In this document: positions 55,230 through 64,000 of the stretch, one piece after another
Position numbering within the stretch: position 1 is the first letter of the stretch
How the letters are laid out: the number at the start of each line of letters is the position of its first letter
NCBI GenBank assembly: GCA_963797555.1
Contig: CAWCPV010000003.1
Span: 963,610 to 1,027,609, forward strand
From: an uncultured Gammaproteobacteria bacterium
GTDB taxonomy: Bacteria > Pseudomonadota > Gammaproteobacteria > CAWCPV01
Reading direction: 5' to 3'
DNA length: 64,000 nucleotides
Translations under genes and position numbers: made by a program
Notes under the pieces: model-generated
Database searches by the model: none
Told to the model about the DNA's origin: nothing
The model's input: the letters and a program-made list of their open reading frames with translations, nothing else

Positions 55230-55646
55230 CTACTCCCCCTGCACGGTGACGGTAAGCTGCCGGCCGTGTCCCGACCGCCGGTGCTCCCACAGATAGATAC
55301 CCTGCCACGTACCGAGGGCGCAGCGGCCGTTGCTCACCGGTATGGTGAGCCCGTTCTGGGTCAACACCGTGCGCACGTGCGCTGGCATGTCGTCCGGACC
55401 TTCCGCGGTATGGCGGAACAGAGGATCGCCGTCCGGCACTGTGCGCGCCATGAACGCCTCGAGGTCGCGCCGCACCGCGTCATCCGCGTTCTCACACAGG
55501 ATCAGGGAAGCGCTCGTGTGATGCAAGAACACGTGGCACAGGCCCACCCGCACCTTGGAGCCGGCCACGACACGCTCCACCTCCCGGGTCAGGTCGTAGG
55601 TGCCGCGACCGCGCGTCCTCAGAGTCAGAGCCTGTTGGATCACCAC
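55230..55646 (-). CDS. yjbQ: YjbQ family protein
   Basis: HTSASL..ENAD, EGPDDMPAH, LGTWQGIYLWEHR. Confidence 0.92.
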   Translation of the reverse strand: MVIQQALTLRTRGRGTYDLTREVERVVAGSKVRVGLCHVFLHHTSASLILCENADDAVRRDLEAFMARTVPDGDPLFRHTAEGPDDMPAHVRTVLTQNGLTIPVSNGRCALGTWQGIYLWEHRRSGHGRQLTVTVQGE

Positions 55647-55657
55647 CCCCCCTCACC

Positions 55658-56071
55658 TCAGACCGAGACCGTGACGTTGGCGCGAGCCGCGTTCGCTGCA
55701 AACGTCGCGACCCCGACGATGTCATCCACGAGGTCGCAGAGGTCCTCGCGCGTCAGCTCCAGGACATTCACTACCTGGGCACAGACTTCGATGCGGAGGT
55801 GCCCCATCTCCTTCAGGGCACGCAGCAGCTTCCACCAGGGCTCCACCTGTCCGAGGCCGATGGCCTCACCCATCTTGGTCTCGAAGTCCTTGAAGTGGCT
55901 CTCCAGAGCCAAGTCCCGGCCGACCGCCTCCTTTCTGAGCGCCCAAACGGCCTCGTCCAAGGCGAAGACCGTCACCTCGAAGTCCGCCGCGATCGCCCCC
56001 GACGCCAGCAACGCAGCAGCGTGCCAATGGCTATAGCTGCCGCCCCTCACCACAATCTGCATAGATGGCAT
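55658..56071 (-). CDS. DsrE/DsrF-like protein
   Basis: VTVFALDEAVWALRK, IEVC, DDIVGVATF. Confidence 0.75.
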   Translation of the reverse strand: MPSMQIVVRGGSYSHWHAAALLASGAIAADFEVTVFALDEAVWALRKEAVGRDLALESHFKDFETKMGEAIGLGQVEPWWKLLRALKEMGHLRIEVCAQVVNVLELTREDLCDLVDDIVGVATFAANAARANVTVSV

Positions 56072-56563
56072 GTCGTCGGGCCTCCAAGAATCCGCTGCGC
56101 CTGCAGCTCCGATTCCGACGTGCTCACGCGCGCCGATGTTTGTCGGGCTAAAGAGTTCTCCGATTGCGCCGCTGCTGTCAAGTATGGCGCGCGCGGATGG
56201 AGGGCCGATGCCGCGGCGCCGGCGCGAAGAGCGATGCGGGATGCTGCCCGTGAAGGTAAGCTCCGGGGACGGAACCCACGGTGGCCGGCGCGGTGCCGAA
56301 CAGGTACGCCGTCCGGAGCTTGGAGCACCCGCCGATGACGCACGGGTGACGGATAGCGGAGATGGGCGAACGGCAGCCGGCGTGCTCGTCACCCAGGCGA
56401 CGCGCTGCGAGTGTCCGCTCCGGCCGCCGGAATATCCGAGGGGTCTGGTAGAATGGCGCTCCCGCAACCACAGAGCGCCGCCCACCGGGTGCAGCGTCGG
56501 CGGTGCTCGACTTGGCGGCGGCCCGACTCGACCCGCGCAGAGAAACACGAGGAGGAGGCATCG

Positions 56564-57148
56564 ATGGAAGTCAAACTGCTGCCGAAGCTTGGAGTGCACA
56601 GAACGATCGCCGCAGCCGTCATCGTCATCGCAACCGTTCTAGGTACGGCCCCGCTGACATCCCATGGTCAGGGTGGAGGGGGCGGAATGGGCGCCCGCGG
56701 CGGCATGGGCGGCGAAGACCATGGCGGCATGGCCGGGATGGGGGGAATGGGCGGCATGGCCGGCATGGGGGGAATGGGCGGGGGTATGCGCGCCCAGCAC
56801 GCCCCGGGCTCCGTCGAGCAGAAGTGCCACGAGCCCGGCGACATGCCGCCGCACTACTGTGAGCCGTCCTACAAGGTCATGAGCTCGGCGAAAGGAATAC
56901 GGGTAAGTGTGGTCTCCCCCGCCGCAGATAACGCCATCATGGTGACCCTGCAGGAGCTCAACCGCATGTCGCCGGGCGTCGACCATCCCGTCGTGGTGGC
57001 CGCCGGGACAGGCGACTTGGCCGGCGCCGTTGTCGTCCAAGGAGGGTGGAAGGGAACGACCAGCGTAGAGGTGCCCCTGGTGGGCAACGACTCGATTTAC
57101 AGCCACGAATCGATGCACGTCCACGTGTTTCCGATGACTGGACGGTAA
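56564..57148 (+). CDS. Secreted Gly/Met/His-rich protein
   Basis: GAGGAGG RBS, signal peptide, (GGM/AGM)n tract, CHE..MPPHYC, HESMHVH. Confidence 0.7.
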   Translation: MEVKLLPKLGVHRTIAAAVIVIATVLGTAPLTSHGQGGGGGMGARGGMGGEDHGGMAGMGGMGGMAGMGGMGGGMRAQHAPGSVEQKCHEPGDMPPHYCEPSYKVMSSAKGIRVSVVSPAADNAIMVTLQELNRMSPGVDHPVVVAAGTGDLAGAVVVQGGWKGTTSVEVPLVGNDSIYSHESMHVHVFPMTGR

Positions 57149-57236
57149 CACCGTCCCCAACCGGCGCGGGCGCGGGTCGGCGTGGTACGCTGCGGCAGCT
57201 CCGCGCCCCGGCCGGGCCTGTGCGTCGGCCACGCCC

Positions 57237-58355
57237 TCAACCGCAGCACCCGCCAGGCTCCGCCCCACAGTGGGCCGCACCCTTGGTCTCCGCAGCGGGC
57301 CGCACGGTGCCGGCGCGCGCGCTCCAAGGCATGGGTTGCTTGGGCACGGCGGGCTCGATGCCGATGAAGTCGTCGCGGTACGGTCCAGCCGTCAGCAGCC
57401 GGTAGCTTCGGGCACACACCGCAATGCGCTCGCCTCGCGGATAGACCTGGCCCTCGTCGTCGTAGACCTTGGAGTACGGCCCCTTGTAGATGACCGCTTG
57501 GCCGGCATCCAGGGACTGCTCGCCATAGGGCTTGACCGCCGTCAGGGTCACCGAGCGGAACTCGATGCCGTCGACGACTCGCCAAGGGGTCGCCTGCCAG
57601 CGGTCGTAGCCGACGGCCACGAATCCCGAAGCGCTGAACGCATCCAGGAACTCCTTCTCCTGAAACGCGCCGGAGATGCACCCCGACCAGAGATCCGGGT
57701 CTTGACGCAGCCGCTGCGGGATCGCCTGGTCGCTCACGATGTCGGAGATGGCTGCCCGCCCACCCGGCTTCAGCACCCGGAAGATCTCGCGCACGAGCTG
57801 CGGCTTGGCCGCTTCGTCCACCAAGTTGAGCACACAGTTGGAGACCACCAGATCCACCGAGCCGTCGGGAATCAGCGGTCGCTCCCGCCGTTGTTGCGCC
57901 TCGAAGGCTTCCAGGGCGAGCAGGTCGGCGCTGCTGCGGATGGGGCTCTCGGCCAGGAGCCGGTCGACGGCATCGAGGTCCAGGGCCAAGTCCTGGATAT
58001 AGCCCTTCTTGAACTCCACCCGCTCCCCGCCCAGCGTCCGCGCCATGTCCGCCTGATACTTGCGGGCCAGTGCGAGCATGTCGTCGTTCATGTCCACCCC
58101 GACGACCCGGCCTCCCTCACCGACTAGCTGGGCGGCTATGTAACACATCTTGCCGCTGCCGCTGCCCAGATCGAGCACCACGTCGCCCGCCCGCACATAC
58201 CGGGACGGGTCGCCGCATCCATAGTCCCGCTCCACGATCTCGGGGGGCAGGCGCTCCAGCAATCGGGGATCGTAGCTCACCGCACAACACAGCTCCGGAT
58301 GCAACTCCTTGGCCCCGCGACTATAGCGTTCAAGCACACCGCGCATATTGCTCAT
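57237..58355 (-). CDS. ArsM-like SAM-dependent methyltransferase
   Basis: LCC, YGCGDP, LDLGSGSG, VSNCVLNL, WSGCISGA, terminal CC. Confidence 0.85.
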   Translation of the reverse strand: MSNMRGVLERYSRGAKELHPELCCAVSYDPRLLERLPPEIVERDYGCGDPSRYVRAGDVVLDLGSGSGKMCYIAAQLVGEGGRVVGVDMNDDMLALARKYQADMARTLGGERVEFKKGYIQDLALDLDAVDRLLAESPIRSSADLLALEAFEAQQRRERPLIPDGSVDLVVSNCVLNLVDEAAKPQLVREIFRVLKPGGRAAISDIVSDQAIPQRLRQDPDLWSGCISGAFQEKEFLDAFSASGFVAVGYDRWQATPWRVVDGIEFRSVTLTAVKPYGEQSLDAGQAVIYKGPYSKVYDDEGQVYPRGERIAVCARSYRLLTAGPYRDDFIGIEPAVPKQPMPWSARAGTVRPAAETKGAAHCGAEPGGCCG

Positions 58356-58386
58356 GCCGACCCTCCTGCCAGGTTCGAAATCGCCG

Positions 58387-60522
58387 TCATCCGCGCCGCC
58401 AGGCATGGTAACGCTCCAGCCACCGCAGTGCGCCTTCCGGCGCGTGCGCGCGCTTCCACTGGCCGGCGGCATACTTGTTGGCCTCCGCCAGTGTGGGATA
58501 AATGTGGATGGTGCTCAATATCTTGTTCAGCCCGATGCCATGGCGCATGGCCACGATGTACTCGGTGATGAGGTCTGCGGCGGAGGCCCCGGCGATGGTG
58601 ACCCCCAGTACCCTGTCCTTGCCGGGGACGGTGAGAATCTTCACCAAGCCCCCGGCCTCCTCGTCCGCGATGACGCGATCGAGGTCCGCGGTAGGGTAGG
58701 TGGTGACCTCGTGGGGAATGCCTCGCTCCTTGGCCTCGTGCTCGTTGAGGCCGACGCGCGCCACCTCGGGATCGGTGAAGGTGGCCCAAGGGATCACCGA
58801 GTAATCCACGCGCCGCTTGCGCAGGGTTCCGAACAGCGCGTTGACCGCCGCATACCATGCCTGGTGCGAAGCCGTGTGGGTGAAGTGGTAAGGACCTGCG
58901 ACATCGCCGCATGCGTAGATATTGGGATACACGGTCTGGAGGTAGCCGTTGACCTCCACCGTGCGGCTCTTCGTGGTCGGGATACCCAGGGTCTCGAGTC
59001 CGTAGCCGGCAGTACTCGCGGCCCGCCCCACGGCCACCAGGACCGCGTCGAACTCGACCGCGACTTCGCGACCGTCGTGCTCGCAGAGCAAGATCTTGCG
59101 CCCGTTCTCGATCCGGAACTGCTTGGCAGTATGACTCACCCGCACGTCGACGCCATCGGCCTGGAAGCGCTCCATCACCAAGTCCGAGAACTCGGGGTCC
59201 TCCCGCGGCAGCAGACGCGGCAGCATCTCCACCTGGGTCACCCGGCTTCCGAAACGCGCGAAGCATTGGGCCAGCTCGCTGCCGATGGGACCGCCACCGA
59301 GGACCACCAGCCTTGCTGGGAGCTCGCGGAGACCCCACACGGTGTCCGAGGTCAGGTAGCCCGCTTGTTCCAACCCCGGAATGGGCGGCACGAACGGCGT
59401 TGCGCCGGCGGCAATGACGATGCTCCGCGTGGTCAGAGTCCGGCCGTTCACCTCGACGGCGAACGGCGACACGATGCGCGCCTCGCCTCGGATGCACTCC
59501 ACGCCGAGCTTGGTATAGCGCTCTGCGGAGTCATGGGGCGCCACCTTCCCGATGACGCGCTGCACGCGCTCCATGAGGTCCGCGAAGTCGAAGGCGGCGC
59601 TGGCTTCCTTGAAGCCGAGTTCGCGCGCGCGGCGGACTTCCGCCAGGAACCGGGCGGAGCGGATCAAAGCCTTGGACGGTACGCAACCGGTATTCAGGCA
59701 GTCGCCGCCCATCTCGTGCTTCTCGATGAGCGTCACCTTGGCCTTCACTGCGGCGCCGATGTAGGCCGCCACCAAGCCCGCCGAGCCCGCCCCGATGACC
59801 ACCAGGTTGCGGTCGAAGCGCTTCGGCCGCGGGTACTTGCGCAGCACGTTGCGGCTCTTCACGAAGTCCACCAGCTTCTTGGCGATCAACGGGAACACCC
59901 CGAGCAAGGTGAAGGACGCGATCAGATCGGGCGAAAGAATCCCGCTCAGCGATTGCAATTGCGCCAGCCGAGTACCGGCGTTCACGTACACGATGGTGCC
60001 GGGCAGCATGCCGACCTGGCTTACGATGTAGAACACCGACGCGCGGATCGGCGTCAACCCCATCACCAGGTTGATCACGAAGAACGGGAAGGCGGGCACG
60101 AGACGCAGGCCGAAGAGGTAGAATGGTCCGTCCCTCTCGATACCGCGGTTGACCGCCCCGAGGCTGTTCCCGAACCGCCGCTGCACCGGCTCGCGCAGCA
60201 GGAAACGGGAGACCAGGAAGGCCGCCGTCGCGCCGATGCTGCTGGCGAAGGAGACGATGACCGTGCCCCAGAGCAGGCCGAAGATGGCGCCTGCCACCAG
60301 CGACAGGATCGCGGCCCCGGGAAGCGAGAGCCCGGTCACCGCCACGTACAGGACGAGGAACAGGAGCGCGGTCTGCCGCGGGCTCGCCCGATAGTACGCC
60401 TCGATCGCCTCGCGCTGGACCTTGAAGTACTCCAGGCCGAAGTAGCGATCGGCGTGGAACGCAAAGAATGCGATCACCAAGGTCACGATGAAGCCCAGCG
60501 CCAGGAGTCTGCTTCTTTTCAT
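58387..60522 (-). CDS. DedA/TVP38 domain fused to a pyridine nucleotide-disulfide oxidoreductase
   Basis: LRLVPAFPF membrane domain; GAGSAG, GGDCLNTGCVPSK, GGGPIG, HIYPT. Confidence 0.92.
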   Translation of the reverse strand: MKRSRLLALGFIVTLVIAFFAFHADRYFGLEYFKVQREAIEAYYRASPRQTALLFLVLYVAVTGLSLPGAAILSLVAGAIFGLLWGTVIVSFASSIGATAAFLVSRFLLREPVQRRFGNSLGAVNRGIERDGPFYLFGLRLVPAFPFFVINLVMGLTPIRASVFYIVSQVGMLPGTIVYVNAGTRLAQLQSLSGILSPDLIASFTLLGVFPLIAKKLVDFVKSRNVLRKYPRPKRFDRNLVVIGAGSAGLVAAYIGAAVKAKVTLIEKHEMGGDCLNTGCVPSKALIRSARFLAEVRRARELGFKEASAAFDFADLMERVQRVIGKVAPHDSAERYTKLGVECIRGEARIVSPFAVEVNGRTLTTRSIVIAAGATPFVPPIPGLEQAGYLTSDTVWGLRELPARLVVLGGGPIGSELAQCFARFGSRVTQVEMLPRLLPREDPEFSDLVMERFQADGVDVRVSHTAKQFRIENGRKILLCEHDGREVAVEFDAVLVAVGRAASTAGYGLETLGIPTTKSRTVEVNGYLQTVYPNIYACGDVAGPYHFTHTASHQAWYAAVNALFGTLRKRRVDYSVIPWATFTDPEVARVGLNEHEAKERGIPHEVTTYPTADLDRVIADEEAGGLVKILTVPGKDRVLGVTIAGASAADLITEYIVAMRHGIGLNKILSTIHIYPTLAEANKYAAGQWKRAHAPEGALRWLERYHAWRRG

Positions 60523-60731
60523 CGATGTGCGGTCTCCGTCTCCGCGTCACCTCGCGCGCAGCGGTCCCCTGTCCGGATCGTCGCTGCGTGCGCCACTCGC
60601 CGGCCGAACCGCTCGCTCCGCCCCGCGTCCCGCAACCACTCTACCGGCCCATCGGCACTGGAACCGCCGCAGGCCTGGCCATTCGGCGCCGGGCTCGTGA
60701 CCTACGCTCCGAGCGCGAGGTATCGCACGCG

Positions 60732-62369
60732 ATGAATACAGCCGGGGTCGGGCAGGTCGAGTGGTTCCCCGATGAGCATCCGAATCCCGTCGTGTGCGTG
60801 GCCGCCGACGGCGAGGTCTTGTACGCGAACGGCGCCAGCGGCCCGCTCCTGTCGGCATGGAAGGTGCGGCCCGGCGAGAGACTACCGGAGGACCCGGCCG
60901 CCCTGGTCCGGGAGGCGTTGGCCACGGGACGGGTCACGGAGACCGAGGTGGCCGCCGCCAATCGAATCTTCATGCTCCTGTTCACGCCCCTCGTCAAGGC
61001 CGCACTGGTACACATCTACGGCGTCGACATCAGCGAGCGCAAACGGTTCGAGGAGACCCTCCTGCACCGTTCCGGGCACGACGCCGTCACCGATCTCCCG
61101 AACCGCAGCCTGCTGCTCGATCGCCTCGCCCAGAGCATTCAGCGTGCGGAGCGCGATGCCAGCATGACTGCGGTGCTGTTGCTGGATCTGGACCACTTCA
61201 ACGACGTGAACGAGAAGTTCGGACACGAGGCGGGGGACGCCGTGCTGCGGCGCGTGGGGCAGCGCCTCCGGGCCTGTGTGGGAGCCGGCGATACGATTGC
61301 CCGGTTCGCCGGGGACGAATTCGCCTGCATCATCGACCGGACCGACAGTTGCAGTCTCGTCGCCGACGCGGCGGAACGTGTCATGTCCGCGGTGGCCAGA
61401 CCCGTCGCAGTGGCTGGGCAGCGGGTGCACCTCAGCGCCAGCATGGGTATTTCGGTGTTCCCCCTGGACGGGAAGATGACGGAAGAGTTGCTCAGACATG
61501 CCGACCTCGCCCTGCACCGGGCCAAGGCCGAAGGTCGGAGCATGCACCGATTCTACGCCACCCACATGGGCGCCGATGCCGCGGGCCGTCAGACGATGCT
61601 GGATGACCTGCGCCAGGCATTATCGCGCGGAGAGCTGGTCCTCTACTACCAGCCCCAGGTCGATCTGCGCAGCAGCCGCATCGTGGGCGCGGAGGCGCTG
61701 GTCCGCTCGTTTGATGCGGCGCAAAAGGCCTTCGCGCCGGGCGATCTCATCCGGCTGGCGGAGGAACGGGGGTTGATCTCGCGCATCGGCGAGTGGGTGC
61801 TGAGGACGGCATGCGCACAGGCGAAAGCATGGCAGGACGCGGGACTGCCGGGGCTGCGCGTCGCAGTGAACGTTTCGGCCGTGCAGTTCCGCCAGCCGGA
61901 GCTGACCGCTCTGGTCCGCAACGTGCTGAGCGACACCGGGCTCGGTCCGCGCTTCCTGGAGCTGGAGATCACGGAGGGCATCAATCTACACGATGCGGAG
62001 GCCACCATCCAGGCCCTGCAGGCGCTGCACTCGCTGGGGATCGAGCTGTCGATAGACGACTTCGGGACGGGATACAGCTCGCTGAGTTACCTGAAGCGCT
62101 TCCCCGTCCAGGAGATCAAGATCGACCAATCGTTCGTGCGTGATATCCATACCGACACCCACAACGCCGCCATCTGTGAGGCCGTGGTAAACCTGGGGCA
62201 TCGCCTGCAGATGCGGGTCCTCGCCGAGGGCGTAGAGCGCGAGGAAGAGCTGCGGTGCCTGCAGCGCATGGGGTGCGACGAGGCCCAGGGCTACTACTTC
62301 AGCCACCCCCTCCCGGCCGAGGAGATCGTCCGACTGCTGAGCCGCGGCGGCGCGCTGCCGGCCATCTGA
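60732..62369 (+). CDS. PAS-GGDEF-EAL signalling protein
   Basis: TDLPNR, DLDHF, AGDEF, EAL, DDFGTGYSS, AEGVE, QGYY. Confidence 0.92.
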   Translation: MNTAGVGQVEWFPDEHPNPVVCVAADGEVLYANGASGPLLSAWKVRPGERLPEDPAALVREALATGRVTETEVAAANRIFMLLFTPLVKAALVHIYGVDISERKRFEETLLHRSGHDAVTDLPNRSLLLDRLAQSIQRAERDASMTAVLLLDLDHFNDVNEKFGHEAGDAVLRRVGQRLRACVGAGDTIARFAGDEFACIIDRTDSCSLVADAAERVMSAVARPVAVAGQRVHLSASMGISVFPLDGKMTEELLRHADLALHRAKAEGRSMHRFYATHMGADAAGRQTMLDDLRQALSRGELVLYYQPQVDLRSSRIVGAEALVRSFDAAQKAFAPGDLIRLAEERGLISRIGEWVLRTACAQAKAWQDAGLPGLRVAVNVSAVQFRQPELTALVRNVLSDTGLGPRFLELEITEGINLHDAEATIQALQALHSLGIELSIDDFGTGYSSLSYLKRFPVQEIKIDQSFVRDIHTDTHNAAICEAVVNLGHRLQMRVLAEGVEREEELRCLQRMGCDEAQGYYFSHPLPAEEIVRLLSRGGALPAI

Positions 62370-63999
62370 GAGCCTGTGAAAAAATCCCCCGAAGCCGCCA
62401 GCGCTGGTGTAAAGTTTCGCCATTTATTTGTCCACCAGGGGGCGGAGCGAAGTGGACATCCCACTCTTTGACGAACAGCAGGCACCGGTTCCGCGGCCTG
62501 AAGAGCGTAGGGAGCGAGTCGCGCAGGGTGGCCCGCCGCGCTACCAGCGGCCCAATCGTGCCCAGGTCGAGCTGCGGCCCTGTAACTTGGATGCACTGAT
62601 CCCCGAGGACCATGCGGTGCGCACGGTCTGGGCGTTCGTGCAAGGGATGGATCTTTCACCCCTGTACCACAGTATCCGGGCGGTGGAGGGCGGGGCGGGA
62701 CGCCCGCCGATTGACCCGGCCATCCTGATAGCGCTGTGGCTGTATGCCACCTTGGAGGGGGTAGGCAGTGCGCGGATGCTGGAGCGGCTGTGCCAGCAGC
62801 ATGATGCCTACCGCTGGCTGTGCGGTGGTGTATCGGTCAACTACCACACCTTGGCGGACTTTCGGGTGGCCCATGGGGCGTTTCTCGACCATCAGCTCAC
62901 CGTGGGGGTGGCCACCCTCCTGTCGGAGGGGCTGGTCAGCATGAAGCGGGTGGCGCAGGACGGAGTGCGCATCCGCGCCTCGGCGGGGGCGGCCTCGTTC
63001 CGTCGCCAACCAAGCCTGGAGAGCTGTCTCGAAGAGGCTCGTGCGCAGGTCGAGACGTTGCGCCAAGAGCTGCAAGACGCCCCGGCAGCGAGCGCCCAGC
63101 GTGAGCGGGCCGCCCGGCTGCGGGCCGCTCACGAGCGCGAGCAGCGGGTGCGCCAGGCCCTGGAGCATCTGCCTCAGGTCGAGGCCAAGAAGAAGGCCGC
63201 GGAGAAGGCCAAGGCGCGGGTCTCCACCACCGACCCCGAGGCGCGGGTGATGAAGATGGCCGATGGCGGGTTTCGACCCGCCTTCAACGGCCAGTTTTGC
63301 GCCGACACCGGAACCCAGATCGTGGTGGGGGTCGACCTCGGCAATGAAGGCAGCGACCAGGGCGAACTGGTGCCGATGCTGGAGCAGCTTGTCGAGCGTT
63401 ATCAAGCGCTGCCTGAGGAGACCCTGGTCGATGGGGGCTTTGCCAACAAGCAGGCCATCGAAGCGGCCACCGCCGCCGGCACCACGGTCTACGCCCCGGT
63501 ACAAAAGCCCAAAGACCCCAACCGCGACCCCCATGCCGCGCTGCCCGAGGATAGTCCAGCGGTGGCCGCGTGGCGAGAACGCATGGGCACCGAACAGGCC
63601 AAAGAGATCTACAAGCAGCGGGCCTCTACCGCCGAATGCGTCAATGCCATCGCGAGAAACCGGGGACTGCGCCAATTTGCCGTGCGTGGACTGCAGAAGG
63701 TGAAAAGCGTGTTGCTGTGGTACGCGCTTGCCCACAACCTGATGCGGGCAGCCTTCCTGCGCCTGCACAAGGCCAGCCAGCCGCAATACAGCACGGCATA
63801 GAGCCTCGAGACAAAGGGTTTGACGTCCCCCGCGGGCGTCTCGGAACCCCCCTCACGCCGCTTGGGGGGCAAGTCCGGGTCGGGACCCAGATCCCACAAG
63901 AACTATATCAAGCTCCGCTAATATTCGCTGGGCATCTTGCCCCATGAGCAACGATTTTTCCCCGCCCGAGCCGCCGAGATTCGATAAATTCACAGGCTC
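62370..63999 (+). mobile_element. IS1182-family insertion sequence (different from 30434..31994)
   Basis: Inverted ends GAGCCTGTGAA / TTCACAGGCTC; inserted right after a TGA stop; the right-hand target lies outside the window. Confidence 0.88.
62452..63801 (+). CDS. IS1182 transposase
   Basis: GGAGRPPIDP, VNYHTLADFR, QDGVRIRASAG, STTDPEARVMK, VDGGF, RASTAE. Confidence 0.92.
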   Translation: MDIPLFDEQQAPVPRPEERRERVAQGGPPRYQRPNRAQVELRPCNLDALIPEDHAVRTVWAFVQGMDLSPLYHSIRAVEGGAGRPPIDPAILIALWLYATLEGVGSARMLERLCQQHDAYRWLCGGVSVNYHTLADFRVAHGAFLDHQLTVGVATLLSEGLVSMKRVAQDGVRIRASAGAASFRRQPSLESCLEEARAQVETLRQELQDAPAASAQRERAARLRAAHEREQRVRQALEHLPQVEAKKKAAEKAKARVSTTDPEARVMKMADGGFRPAFNGQFCADTGTQIVVGVDLGNEGSDQGELVPMLEQLVERYQALPEETLVDGGFANKQAIEAATAAGTTVYAPVQKPKDPNRDPHAALPEDSPAVAAWRERMGTEQAKEIYKQRASTAECVNAIARNRGLRQFAVRGLQKVKSVLLWYALAHNLMRAAFLRLHKASQPQYSTA

Positions 64000-64000
64000 T

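Noticed and set aside
56686-56790. Tandem 9/27-bp repeats as a possible CRISPR or VNTR array
   Set aside because: In-frame Gly-Gly-Met coding repeat with no spacers; no cas genes in the window.
58387-60522. Mercuric reductase MerA
   Set aside because: Lacks the C-terminal Cys pair and the NmerA domain, no mer genes nearby, and it carries a DedA domain instead.

Overview
GC-rich window, probably from a gammaproteobacterium (Chromatiales-like by gene content; inference). Left to right: a group 1e (Hyn-type) [NiFe]-hydrogenase operon in which hynS and isp1 read as one ORF and isp2 is reduced to a short remnant; the hisS-yfgM-bamB-der block; Fe-ADH and an ABM protein; exeA-exeB. An ~8.3 kb accessory segment follows, bracketed by two diverged copies of the exeB 3' half. 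It holds an ISL3 element, a ferritin-like gene, a sigma54 activator and what looks like that activator's small regulon. Next come a chromosomal integron with a broken intI, three clear attC sites and AT-rich cassettes; an IS1182; cusCBA; a DUF2844-DUF3443 pair; and a decayed vapBC. At 42.3-50.3 kb is a decaying defence-like island: an RtcR-like sigma54 activator followed by a canonical -24/-12 promoter driving an AAA/DUF3696 ATPase, an IS1380-interrupted PLD-like gene, an unknown gene and a SNF2 helicase fragment. The right end has an AttEFGH-like ABC/lipocalin cluster, yjbQ, a DsrE-like gene, an ArsM-like methyltransferase, a DedA-oxidoreductase fusion, a PAS-GGDEF-EAL gene and a second IS1182. 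Many single-base frameshifts suggest consensus errors, so fusions and splits need read-level checking. No CRISPR array, rRNA or tRNA was seen. All family assignments come from motif recognition, not database searches.
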